Shown here: positions 37,761 to 50,599 of the stretch, piece after piece
How the letters are laid out: each line of letters starts with the position of its first letter
Numbering within the stretch: position 1 is the stretch's first letter
NCBI RefSeq assembly: GCF_006345805.1
Contig: NW_021832590.1
Span: 186,001 to 250,000 of the forward strand
Length of the DNA stretch: 64,000 nucleotides
Origin: Octopus sinensis
Lineage: Eukaryota
Direction: 5' to 3'
Made by a program: the position numbers and the translations under genes
The notes under the pieces: model-generated
What the model was told of the DNA's origin: nothing
The model's input: only the letters and a program-made list of their open reading frames with translations
Databases searched by the model: none

Positions 37761-38927
37761 CACAGTTTACAGAAAGTTGAAATTGAAAAAATGAGAAAAT
37801 ATGACCCTTTATCTAATAAGTTGGAATTAATTTATCATGTAAGAGTGAAAATGCAGTCTTTGGTTACGGACGAAAGTTTATTTGTGATCATAATATGATA
37901 TGATGAATACGCTTTTATAATGATGATGAGTTTTCCGTCGTTTTGCAGAGGACTATTAGTAGTGCATCAAGATCGTCCCCGTCCTTCAGTTCTTTACCAG
38001 CCCTCTTTAGGTCTCTATCCAGCGTACCCGGGAGAATATTTCTTGGTCGCCCACGGAAACGATGACCCCCAGCTTCGAAATAGTCCTCCATAGCGGCGTT
38101 TGCCGGTGCATCCAAATCCATTTTTAGAATATGTCCAAACAGCCTCCATCTGCATTCGGTAATTTCGAGCGAGATTGGTTTGCTTGATGTTCTGGCATAA
38201 ACTGTTCTGCTACTCAACCTTGAATGCCACTTGGAGGCTAGAGTACGTCGGAGGTGATCTCTATGGAAAGAGTTTAGGTTGTCATTGTCTGTAGCGGAAA
38301 GTCCCCAAGTTCCGGCGTTATATAGGAGTATTGGCTTCACTAGTGAATTGTATAGTCGTATCCGTGTTTTTGTGCTGAGTCCTTTGCTTTTTAGGCAATT
38401 TTCCTTTAAGCTGCGTAGTGCACTGTTTGCATGTGTTTTCCGCATAATCACGTCTTTGTTCGTCTCACAATAGAGATCCGAGTTTCTTTACTTTTCTCCA
38501 ATGTTCGTCCAGCTTAGACTTCTGTCTTGCTAGCTCAGTAAATTCTGTTTTCTCCACATTTACATTGAGGAACCACTCAGCAAGTCTATTTGGCATCACC
38601 TCCAATAGGCTTTCCAGAGCGTCCTTGACTGAAGAAATAAAATCCACGTCATCCGCGTATGCCACCACATTGATCTTTCCTTCATAATATGGTTTTAGTT
38701 CTCTCAATGCAGCTTCCAGATATATGACAAACAGTATAGGAGATAACGGATCCCCTTGAGGTGTTCCAGATGTTGTTTTAAATGGTTTAGAGCACTTGTC
38801 TCGTACCCTGACCGATAGATAGGTTTCTGATAAAAGTGCCCTGATCATCCGAATAGAAGATTCATCAAGGAATCCTGCAAGGACTTGCATTAATTTTTGA
38901 CGATTAATCGAGTCAAAAGCTCTTGAC

Positions 38928-41900
38928 TAGGGCCAACATTTTTTTAACCTTAAAAATTGAAAAATTTAACCTTAAAAAGTTAACTTTTTAACCTATAAAC
39001 CAAAATTTTTAACCTTAAAATTAAAAAAATTTAACTTTATTTATTCTCAGGTTAAACCTGTAAAGTATAAATAAGAAACAATAAAATACTTTAAAGACTA
39101 TTCATGACATAATTTTCCAAATTTTGTGTAGCAAAGTTTCTGTTTGACCTCATAAAACTCCTAAATTGCGAAAAGCATCGTTCGATAGATGCCGAGGATG
39201 GTTGACAGTTTTGAAGTAACGAATAATCTTCCGGAGAGATATTTTTATTATCCATATTAATAATTTTAGTCATATCGCTCTCTAAAAATCTCTTCTCTAA
39301 ATTTTTTGATCCCTGCTTCATCCTTCCCGAAGTCAAGTGTACATAACGTCGAATATGCAAATTCTATTGTACATTCGTTACTTTCAAGTTGTAATATTTT
39401 CTCTATGAGATTAATTACTATATGAAAAACCTAGAATATGTGAATAGTTATGCGAAATTGCACATAAGCTTTTGACTAGTTTTTCACTTATCAATGCATT
39501 TTTGGTGGCAGTCACTAGTATTCCTTCGTCCTCAATCAAATCAAAAATGTTAATCACTGAGATTAAATTTCTTGAATAAAAAGATGCAGCCTTTAACCAG
39601 GTGCCCCATCTCGTCAACACAACTTTCGAGGAATTCCAATTTCGTAAAACAACAATTTTCGCTTGTGGTTCTTCCTGACAGAAGCTTGCACGCTAGCTAT
39701 CACATCATCAACTTCTGGATAAGATTTTCTGACCTCCATTGAACAATTATGCAAAATATGGGTGACGCAATTAACATTAAAAAGATTAGAATATAAATTT
39801 TTTAAAATTTTCCCGGCTAAATCATTAATTAATTAAAACAATACCGGATGTCATATACCGTGCAGCATCAAAAATGAGAAGCATAAAATTATCCCGTTCA
39901 ACCATAAGGTTTCGAATGGAATCATCAACGATCTGTGCTATGATATTTTTTGTTGGCGCGGATTCGATTGGCTTGAATGAGACCAAATAAGTAATTGTAG
40001 GGAGTTTTATTGATCCCATCAAAACGGCGACATAACGTTTGTTTCGAATTTGAGTTTCATCGGTTATTGTAAAAATTTTTTGTTCTCTAGAAAATAAACT
40101 TTGATGGAATACTTGAATTTGTCGATCCTATGTACAGTCCGACCTCTAAATGGGGCACTAAGTGCCTCAAATCAGAGGTTTCCCCAAAAAAGAGGTTTTT
40201 CAAAAAGTTCAATAAATAAAGAAAAAGAACATTATTTTTTAAAATAATCAGTTAATTTTTCTCCATATTTATATTTATTTTTAATTCCTAACGACACTTT
40301 CTTTCTGAATTCATAAAAATCATGAAGAGAATCTGGAATCAAATCAAAGATGTTTGTCTCTAAGTTTTCCATCAAACTTAAAATTTGTGATATTGATGGT
40401 TCGCAGCTTATATTCTTATAGATATTTGGATCATTATCTTCTATTTCATTAAAACATTCATCAATAACATTATTAAATATTTCTTCAGATGATTCATTTA
40501 TGCAACTCGAGTCTGATGGAGATTGTCGAAAAACCTTTTGCCAGCAGTTATAAATAATATCCGCAGATACATTATTCCAAGCATCTGAGATTATTGTTAC
40601 CACTTGCCGCAAATTTAATTTGGATAAAGACTCTATAAACAAATCCTGGTCGTCTTGAAAACATAAAAAATCAATTAGACAATTCAAATAATTATCCTTG
40701 AAATTTTTAATGATTCCAGCATCCAAAATGGTTGAAGTATTGGTGTCGTATTTTTTGGTAAAAATAAAAAATCAACGTTGCTAAATGTCGATATTTTGTG
40801 GCAAGCAGCGTTATCTGATAACATTAAGATTTTTATTTTTTGAATAATCATTTTTTCATTAATTTTTTTGAGCCAGGATATAAAAATGTCTCTTGTCATC
40901 CACGCATTTTTGGACGAAGAGCATAAAATTCGATAAAAAGAGAAGTTTCGTTACAATTAAAAATGTTCTCCTTTCCATATTGTTCAACTTTGATATTTAA
41001 TTTTGATAAAAAATTCAGAATTATCGCATGATCAGCAGATGCGGATTCGCCTGACAATGTTCGGAATTTTAATTCATGCCTCTGCTTGAATTTTTCTAAC
41101 CATCCATTTGAGGCTTTAAACTTGTTTAAGCCCATTCTCGAAGAAACAGTTTAGGGAAATTTTTTTTAAAAGAGTTCCAGAAACTGGAACATTCTGATCC
41201 CTTAGACGCTGAAAAATATCAAGGACTTTTCATCAAATCCGTTTTTATTTTCACTTAATGATGAGGAAAGAAATCCTTTTTTGATAAATGGAATAATATT
41301 CTTTTTATACGAAAAATAGTTACCTTGCTAGTATTGTACATTATGGATAATCTCCTCTCAGAATGTTCTTTCTTTAAAAGATGATCAGCAATCTTCAACT
41401 TGGTTTCATATTCAAAGGCATTACACAAGAAATTTGAAATGAAACGTGTCTTAAAATATTTATTTTTTAAATTGGTATAATTAATTTTATTTAATAAAAA
41501 ATCAATGCCCCAAATAGAGATGTTAAAATTAATTGATTTTTTATAATTTGGTTAAAAAATTTATAATGCCCCAAAACAGAGTTTTCCCCAAAAAAGAGGT
41601 GCCCCACCCCTGGAGGTGCGCCCCAATTAGAGGTCGGACTGTATTCATTTGCAATATATTTTGCACAATTCCTTGCTTGTGATTGCGAAGGAAGGGAAAT
41701 TTTGTTGCTTTCGAAGAGATCAACAAATAAAGGCATTGATAATTTATTTAGCGGAATGTCACATTTCAGAAAAGCCTTAGTCACCCTCAAATTCCAGTTT
41801 CCAATTTCAGATTCATCTAATTTTTGTTGGCTAAATGTAGTCAAACGATCTATATATTATCGAAAAATCTATACCAACGAAAGTCTTATGTTTCTTTGAT

Positions 41901-42299
41901 ATCCTGTGGAGGTTAACAAAATGCTTTTTCGAGCACTTTACTGTCGTTAAGCATAGTTTAAACAATTCATCGTTGTTATTTAACTGAAATTCCTTTGGGA
42001 ATTCGTTAACAATTAATTTTGCTTTAGTTAGATAAGACTTAGAAGTACGCGGCATACAACAAAAACTTGTAATTTACACGCTGTTTAATATTTATTTAAT
42101 CGTATAATAATAATTTGTTGAAATAATTAAATAAAATAAAGTTAAAAAAATTTAACCTTACGATTTATTTTTTTAACTTTTTAACTTTATAATTTTTTAA
42201 AATATAAAGATAGAACGTTTAAAAATAATATAAAAACAGTTTTTATTTAATTTTTATTTAAAATATTAAAATTTAACTTTATTAACTTTATCACCCCTA
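38928..42299 (-). mobile_element. hAT DNA transposon (CGGBP1-like transposase, TAGGG termini) with a 28-nt intron, split by a pogo element
   Basis: 8-bp TSD CTCTTGAC (38920-38927 and 42300-42307). BED-like N-terminus, DAARYMTS|AGKIL..CVTHILHNC, TRWGTW and SSASIERCFS. Intron at 39817-39844. Confidence 0.9.
40135..41641 (-). mobile_element. pogo/Tigger DNA transposon, internally deleted
   Basis: TIR CAGTCCGACCTCTAA(A/T)TGGGGC with TA on both sides. FKASNGWLEKFKQRH, NCNETSLF, DNAACH and FLPKNTTPILQP. Confidence 0.93.
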
Positions 42300-43961
42300 C
42301 TCTTGACATATCAATGCCAAGAATGTATGTCGCATTTTTGAATTTTTGAATGGCGGAACAATGCCATCTATAGGTCCACACGATGTCAGAAGTCGATCTT
42401 CCTTCCCGAAATCCGCTGTGAAAAGCGGATATAAATAGTTCGGTGCGAGTTTTCCCTTAGCTTTGTTTGGTTTTTGGACAGGGACGAGTATTCCTCGTCC
42501 AAGGGGTAAATGGTTGTTTGTTTTAAACATTCCGTTGAAGAGGTCCGCAATGAGGACATTTAGCTTTTCACTTCCATATTTGAGTAGCTCTGGTCCTAGT
42601 CCGTCTGGTCCTGGGCTTTTATTGTTTTTGAGTTTAGCACATGCTCTTTGCACTTCTGCAGGAGTTATTTCCAACTCCAATTTCCTGGGATGCCCGGTAT
42701 ATCCATCAATTCCTTTGCTGTTGGATCAAAACAGTTTCTCGAAGTGATCTAAACAGTTTCTAGTTCTGCTAATTCTGCGGAATCTGCAATTCGTTTTCTA
42801 TTTTTGTCATTTATGATTAGTGGTTGTCTGTGTTTACGTCCTCGTAATAATCTGATCGCCTCATAATATCTTCCGTTGTCTTTCAAGGCTTCCATGGTCT
42901 TGATCTGTATCTCAGCCTCCTTCCTTGACATATAGGAGACGCACTTCTTGATCTTTTTCTTAATATTCGATCTTTCCCGACCAAGTTTTTGTTTAATGTG
43001 CTTGTCCTCCGTATTTAAATATTGTAGCCAAATAGATTTTTGTTTCTTAACAAGGAGCGATATCTCATTTGTTCCATTTGGTGATTTGGTGACCATTTCT
43101 GTGTCCATGAGCTGTTTCTCCGCTGCTCCTCGTATTGATTCCTGGATTTGTCCCCAGAGTTTGGGGAATGGTTGATTTATTTCCAAACTTCCCAAATACG
43201 TATCAAGGCATTTCCTATAGTTATCTCCCATTTGTTGTATTGAGAGTCCATTTAGGTCGAGTATTCTCTTCCTAAAGATATCCTGCTCTCCTTTGATATT
43301 TGTTTTGTTTTTGTTTAGATGTTTATTCAGTGATATTCTTGCAATGACCATTTTGTGGTCACTGTCAATGTTTGACCCACCATATGACCTTGATCTATCT
43401 GGTTGTAAATGTTTATAAATTCGCCGGATAAATTCTTCCTAAACCCCGTCCAAGTAGTTTTGTGTTTTGCAGGGTGCATGAATACAGTGTTGCAAATGAA
43501 TAGACCGTTTGCCTGACAAAAATCGGCAAGTAATGTTCCTGCCACGTTCCTTATTCCTCTCCCGTGTTTTCCCATAAAGGTTTCATCTGGATTTCTTCGT
43601 AATCCCACTTTGGCGTTAAAGTCGCAGCAATGATAGTTATTGACGAGTGAACAAGTTCAGAATAAGCTTCAGACAGGCAAGAGTAGAACAAGTCTATCTC
43701 AGTGAGGTCTTTTTCAATCCATCCACTGTGGGGTGGGTATACGTTTATAATGGATAGTAAGCTTTTAGATGGGCAAAGCTTATTACAAATCCGATCATTT
43801 ATGCTCCAACAGCGATGAACCATTGGTTTCAATTCCTTCTTTATTACAAATCCTTGGCCAAAGTGTCTGCATTCGCTTCATACTTGCCAATTTTTTATTA
43901 TAAAAATATAATTAATAAATCATCCACAAAAATAAAAACTGGAACAAAACAAAAAATATTA

Positions 43962-44471
43962 TTAATTCCAAGGCATTTCAATATGAGCAGCCTTAAATAA
44001 ATTCACAAGGTAAATTCCCAGAGCCTGATTCAAAGGAATAAACTGAAAAAGTAAGAAAATATAAAAATAACCATTTTGTTGTGAATCATTTTTGGACGAA
44101 TGAAGCAATTGAGGTTCATTTTCGGGACGAATTAAACCACTAGGTGGATAATACTGATTTTTGAAGTAATGACCACGTTCTTGTTGAGAAAAGAATCTTG
44201 GTTCAAGGTAGTACCCTTGGTCGTGGAGAAATTCATTTTGTGGAAAGTTGTATTCATAAAATGAGAACTGATCTTGTTGTGAAGTTGTTGAATTGGGGCG
44301 CTGAGGATAATATAAAGGGGGGTAGTCAATAATTTGATTTTGCACAGGAAACATTCCATGGCTCGGATATTGATAATAGGCCGAATTAATATCAAAGTAT
44401 TGATTTTCGTAGGGGAAACGTCGTGTGTTCATGTCAATGTTTGGTCCACGGTTTCGAGAGGGTCTGTTCAT
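43962..44471 (-). CDS. Uncharacterised Q/P/Y/N-rich low-complexity ORF (169 aa)
   Basis: Open ORF with an ATG start and compositional bias; no family recognised. Confidence 0.35.
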   Translation of the reverse strand: MNRPSRNRGPNIDMNTRRFPYENQYFDINSAYYQYPSHGMFPVQNQIIDYPPLYYPQRPNSTTSQQDQFSFYEYNFPQNEFLHDQGYYLEPRFFSQQERGHYFKNQYYPPSGLIRPENEPQLLHSSKNDSQQNGYFYIFLLFQFIPLNQALGIYLVNLFKAAHIEMPWN

Positions 44472-45003
44472 TTCTTGTCCGTGCTGATGGGGAAGTTTTA
44501 TTTGTTTTTCTAGACCACCTGAGTTGACTTCTGTAAAGGCCTTTTAAGGAAATTAACCTTTTTTCCGTTTTTTGAACATTTCGGCTGGAACTGATTCATA
44601 GTAGTAGATTTTAATATCCTTAAAATAAGAAATCAATTCTTACTTGATTTCCAGATTTGATATACTTTGGGTGAGTCCTCCTAAGCTTGGACATGTTTTG
44701 GCTACTTTCGTAGATATTGCGTTATATAGTAATAAGAAAGATCGCATATATTTATTTCTAAATTATAATACGGAAGGACATCTTTGCCCTATACGTCCGA
44801 CCATTTTCGAAATATAATTGACATTATCCATCCAATTTCCAACAAATTCTACCTCCAATTACTACCTTCTGTCAAGCAGCAAATAATTTTTAAATAAACC
44901 AGTTCTATATTTTTATCTACACCATAAACAAATCAAGCAGTTAAAAATATATTCTTTTAGACATAAATAGTGAAGAACCATAATTAGTAGTAACACCCGT
45001 AAT

Positions 45004-45950
45004 CTATTCTTCCGATAACCCAGGCTCTGTATTCCGCAAGTCGGGCTCAACTGTTGTCTTTTGTGTTATTGCCTTTGCCAAATCATCAATCACTGCTGTT
45101 TGACGATCTCGCTCTTTCTTGGAAACCGTCTGTCTCAAAGTGTTCATTATATGTCTCGTCTTGTCGAAGTACACCGAAGAAAGAGAACTCCTCATCGAAT
45201 TCTCCTGTGCCTCGATCATACTTCCCATATTCCTGATATGCCCCTGAATATCCGACAATGTCATTTGCTGATTTGTCTGTATTCACAAGTAAAACCAAAT
45301 AATAACCTCCTTAATAAGACTTCCACCCAAATTTATGTCAATATCCTTCTCAGAATGCATCCACAACATTATCGAGGTCACCAATTTGTACTTGCACTTT
45401 CCTCCCGACGTCTATAATTATACGTAGAAAGTGATTACATTTGCCTCAAAAATATGAATGGAATCCCACGCGGAATTCACTTTGCTCGAATTTTCTCCCA
45501 TTTTCTTGATAAGGACAGCTCCCCCGAAACTGGCAATATTTTTGGAGTCCATGTTCCATAGGTAAACGGAAGAAAGAGCTCCTCCGTAGTACATATCAGT
45601 GTAGGCCAGGAAAACTTCGTTGAATTTAATTTCCAATTCTCTCAGTTCATCAGACGGGAGTACTCCGTCGAAATTGTCGGTGTAGGTGTTAGTCCAAGGA
45701 GAACGGTAGGAGTCCCCGTCACGGTTATACTCGCAGATGAGAAAGTCCTTTCCACTACTGTCCTGTTTTATTGGCAGTGGTCGGTCGACTAAAGCAAGGA
45801 GAGATTCGCAGATCTCTGGTTTGAGTTTGATGATGTCACTCATAATTTTGTTTATGTTTTGTGGAGGAAGTCGACGACATAGGTCAAGAGCACAGTCTAT
45901 TTCTTTGTCGGTCTATTCAGAAAATTAATTGATCACATCAGACAAACCAT
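45004..45950 (-). CDS. CAPZB: F-actin capping protein beta subunit; introns of 35, 27 and 30 nt
   Basis: M|TDKEIDCALDLCRRLPPQ...EYNRDGDSYRSPW...SSVYLW...WDSIH...INLGGSL. First intron 45913-45947. Confidence 0.96.
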
Positions 45951-46329
45951 ATATGATATTTATTATTTATTCGAAATGAAATTTTATTTATTATAAGTGC
46001 AGTAATGATAATAAATATATATCAAATCCTCTATTAATTTTTAGATGTTATTTTTTAATATAAAATATATTAATTTTTCAATATTTTTCAAAATAATTGA
46101 GATTACCTGTTCCCCTTTTTTTGCCAAATAACTGTAGTTTTGTCGATTTTTCAATCCTTTTTTTATTTAAAAGTAAATTTTCTGATATCTAAATATTGTT
46201 GAATTTAAAATCCTGCAGTCAAACGAGTATAATTCAAAGAAATTGGATTATCGTCAAATAAAGAAATTTTAACTGTTTGGAAATAAAAATTATGAATTTA
46301 ATGTACAAATTTAAAGACAATCAATTCCT

Positions 46330-47620
46330 CAGGATAGAGGAAGGCTTCGGGTTTTTGGTTCCTGTTCTGTGCCTGACTAAAGTTTAATTGAAAATAAAGT
46401 ATTTAAGTTTACGGCGCTCGTTTCCGTGGACGTCCAAGAAATACTTTCCCAATTACACTGGAGAGAGATCTTCTATATGGGGAAAATTAAAAAAAGGAGA
46501 TGATCTTGACGTATTACGGGGCCAAGATAAAGGGAAATAAACCAAACTAATAACTCTTATTGTTTCCTGTCCTTTACAAGCTGTGGAATCGCGGAAGTGC
46601 ATAAAAACGTTTGTCGATAGTGTTAAATTGAAATCTTTGAGTATTGAAGGATCTATTAATTATTGGAATATGTGATCCAGGATTGTCTTCTAGGTGATCT
46701 CAGAGTCTTATGTTGAGCGTTGGCATTTCTGACAAAATTTTTTGGTTTGGGTTCAAAAATAAAACATTTAATAAGTACCAGACTAAGTACAGAATTGCAA
46801 AAAATACTTCGTTTATGAATTATGGGGAGACATTCTTTGTCATTCTGTCTGTTAGAAAGGACTTGCGAAATTGGGACTTTGAGAAATGATAAACTGCATT
46901 TTAAACTACTGTTTTTAAATTATATGACTATATCCTTTTTATACACAGATTTGATGAGCAATTTTATTATCATACAGGAAAATATTCGAATCATATTTCA
47001 TGCTAAAAATTACTTTGTTCATAAAATATAACTAGTAGAATCGTTTTTTGCAGTTTCCCAAACAAGATAATTAGAATTATAATGTCACGATTTTAATTTT
47101 GAAATAATTAACATTTTAAAGTAATATATGGGGCTTATTCGGTCACATCCTAAGAATGGACAGGAACATTCCTGCAAATCTCCCAATCGAACACCACTAG
47201 GCTCCTCATCCGGGAACGACCTTCAGAGGAAGACCACGAATTACTTTAGCAACCCTTCTGCATCAAGACCTAACTTTGATTGGAAAAGGGTTGAAATCAG
47301 CAGACGATCTTGAGCACCTGAGGGAACTATCATTGAACAGGGGGACTTGGAAGCGATTAAAAAAACGCATCCAAGAGAGGGTGGCACAAGCGAGATAACT
47401 TTAGTAACGTTATTTTGCGGTGTGCTTTCTAATAATAAATAAACCACGAAATTGTATTATTATTTGCACTATCATGTGAACATAATGTGAAGAAAAAGTA
47501 ATTAAGTTCCCACATATGCCACACATGAGACTTCTGTCTTTATCATATTTTTTTCAGGATGCGCGGTTGCGTGCTATACTTCTGAGAGTATCAAGGTCGT
47601 CTCCATTTTCAGCTGTCTTT
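46330..47620. mobile_element. Cluster of short LINE 3' fragments (RTE-like at about 46330-46560 +, 47128-47445 + and 47545-47620 -)
   Basis: RFRGRPRNT, GLFGHILRMD..FRGRPRITL..KSADDLEHLR and NGDDLDTLRSIARNR. Confidence 0.65.
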
Positions 47621-47777
47621 AATACGAAATTTTACGAATTAAATTTAATTTGGTAATGAAATGACTTTTTAGTAGCAAAAGCTAATTTCCCGTTATTAAA
47701 TTTATTATAAATGAAAATTTCGCTTAGAAGTGAAGAAAAAAGGAACTGCCAATTTTTAATTGCTGTAAATCTTGCCA

Positions 47778-49370
47778 ATGGTTTTAAATAAATTCAAAAA
47801 TACTGATGGAATTTCATTGAGAGGAAGACTCGTCACAGGAGTTCTCACATTCTCATGCCTGGCCATAATATACGTGCAGAGAGTCAATTTCAATGTTATT
47901 GTTCCTCAAGTCGTGAAAATTAATAATTCTACTGACAATGTAAATGTAGATGATTTAAAATTTAGAAATATTTGTGGACTCAAATGCAAAAATCACTTGC
48001 TTTGATGTCATTCTATGCGGGATATTGGTTTACCCAGATACCTGGCGGTGTCTTGGCTGATAGATATGGATCAAAAGTTCTATTAGGAATCGCAGTTCTC
48101 TTTTCTTCAATTTGTTGTTTTCTGACTCCTCTAAGCATTACAATATCACCTTATTTCGCTGTAGGAATCCGCATTATACTCGGATTGGCACAAGTTTAAA
48201 TTCTAAAAATTCATTAATAGGGATTCTTTCCTCCTTGTTTTCTAGTAGTCATAGGAAATTGGTATCCCCAGAATTGTCGTTCTTCAGCTTTAGGATTTAT
48301 TTTTCCTGGTAGAAAGCGAATTTCATTTTAGGAACGTATTTTGGAACTATATTAGCAATGATAGTTCCTTCAGCATTAGCAGTCAATCAAGAACTATGGG
48401 GTGTCTCGTTTTATATATTCGGTCGTCTTTTCTAACTGACTTTTAGGCACTATTGGATTAATTTGGTTGGCTTTCTGGATGATTTTCTATAACGACAATC
48501 CATCAGATAATAAATGTACTAAGTTGGATGAAAAAAAGTTCATTTTGGAAAACATTGATAGAAAACAATGCACAAACATAAAAGTTAGCTCTTATTTTTC
48601 ACTGCTTAGGAATTCCCAGTAATGAAAGCACTAAAATCAAAACCGATAATAGCTATCATTATCTGTCACATAGTAGCTACTTGGAGTTTGAACATAATTA
48701 TAACTCTGATGCCATCAATGATCAGAGATTTGTATTTCATAGAAGTTAAAGATGTACAATTGTAATTATATCTCTAGCAAACTTACATCACATTTCTTTC
48801 ACCTATTTTGACTTGGATCGGTGGGAATATTGCTTGTGTAATGTTCGATTATATTTTGAGAAAACATACTATCACAAAAATAAAACTCAGGAAGATTTTG
48901 AACATATTCTGTAGCATTAAATGCAGAATTTTTATAGGTTTGTTCCCAACTGGACTTTTCTTTATGTTTGCGACTCTGATTTCTCCTTCACAATACCAAT
49001 TTGGAATATTTTTACTATTAATTGCATCTTTTTTCTCTGGATTTGAAGTTGTAGTAAGTATGCCGAACATTGGAGATATTGCTCCACAATATACAGGAAT
49101 TATTTTTGGATTTGTGAACACAATCGCAACAGTTGCTGGAATTTGTAGCATTCAAAGCAGTTATCTGATTGTATCTGATACTGTAAGTTATTAATACTGA
49201 TTATTTTCGTATAGCACAAACCACGAGAATGGCAAATTTTATTTGGGATACTGATCATAATACAAGTTCTTGGGTTTATAATATTTACAATGTGGGGTGA
49301 AGGAACAATACAAAAATGGGCCATTCCAAAAGAAAAGACAGTTGAATCAGAACTTAAAACTAATCTTTAA
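47778..49370 (+). CDS. SLC17A: SLC17 (sialin/VGLUT-like) MFS anion transporter; introns 23-32 nt
   Basis: YVQRVNFNV, SFYAGYWFTQIPGGVLADRYG, DIAPQYTGIIFGFVNTIATVAG and REWQILFGI. Confidence 0.88.
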
Positions 49371-49723
49371 TCTAATACTTTTCATAGAATTTTTGAACTT
49401 TTGAAAGATTTGTTAGCAATCTCACAATTACGATGGTTAATCACTATTTTTTCAAATTAAAAAACTGCAGGAAGAAAAAATAATGTATTTCATTCTTCTG
49501 AAGGATCAAAAGGTTTCCTAAGTTTAGGGGAAACGAGGTAATATTCAAAGATTCTCACTCACCCTGCGCTTTGTGTTTTAATTAATCTGATTCAATCCAA
49601 AATACAATCAATAAACGATGAAATTTAATGATGATATGAACTTATGAATAATCGATTAAGTATCAATGCATCATTACCGTCACAAGTTTAATATTATTAT
49701 TCACGTGATGGCGTGACTGGGAA

Positions 49724-50426
49724 ATGACTACTCAGATTGACCGTGCAAAGGCTGCTTTCAGTTCACTTCTCGAGAAAATCAACCATTCAGATGAACTTCC
49801 GATATTTATGGCATGGCTGGACTATAAATTGGCCGAGTTTGACATCTACGGTCACATAACCATTGACTGTTATTGACTTTTCAGATTACATTTAGGCCAT
49901 CAAGGACTCCCTCCGTGGATGTCTTCAGTGCTGAGAATCTTCATGGATAAAAAACTGGATTCAATTTTCTCAGTTCAGGCTAATTCTCCACTTTTCAACA
50001 CCGAGGAATGTAATTTTGTTGTATTCTCAATTTGATTAGTTGCTTCTTCACTCTCGATAAAGCCTTCTGACTCGCTTGGTACAACTCCAGTGAAGAAATC
50101 GAGGAATTCCACACCTGCAAAAAGCCCTAGGGTAAAAAAAGAAGTCATTCCAAAAAAATCAGTAAATTTTGATTCTCCTAGCAAAAGTCAGGGTTTTGTG
50201 TTTTAGTTATCTGGTTTAATTAGATCTTTCAGTGACAAAAACAGAGACTTTTCATTATTGCACTGTGTGTGACCATCGCACGAAGTCAAAGTCGGCTCTT
50301 GCAAGGCATATTCGAACACATACTGGGGAAAAGCCATATCCCTGCCGATTTATGTGTGGCCAGGCTTTTTCAAGGTCAGATACCCGTCAAGAGCATGAGA
50401 AAAGAAATCATTCTAATGCTCAGTGA
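49724..50426 (+). CDS. C2H2 zinc-finger protein (two C-terminal fingers), 3 introns
   Basis: [51 protein letters not shown]. Upstream exons join in frame via GT-AG introns; the exon model is less certain. Confidence 0.75.
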
Positions 50427-50599
50427 TTTCTGTTTTATATTTCTTTTTTTATCTGTCAATAATCAGTTAATGGAAAAGAAAATCCTAAAATACGAATTCT
50501 AGCTTTTTAATAAAACAAACAGAGATGAGTAGGCTTATCTGAATTCTCTTCTATTATTATTTATTAACTCCCAGATCACCGAGAAAGATAAGTCAAAAC

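Larger units (their letters stand above)
37915..43920 (-). mobile_element. RTE-clade LINE (APE + RT), split by a nested hAT
   Basis: APE: IINVYPPH, DFNAK, DSDHKMV. RT: KSPGPDG, IDMSRAFDSINR (restored across the insertion), GTPQGDPLSP, AYADD. C-terminus: RLYNSLVKPILLYNAGTW. Confidence 0.9.
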
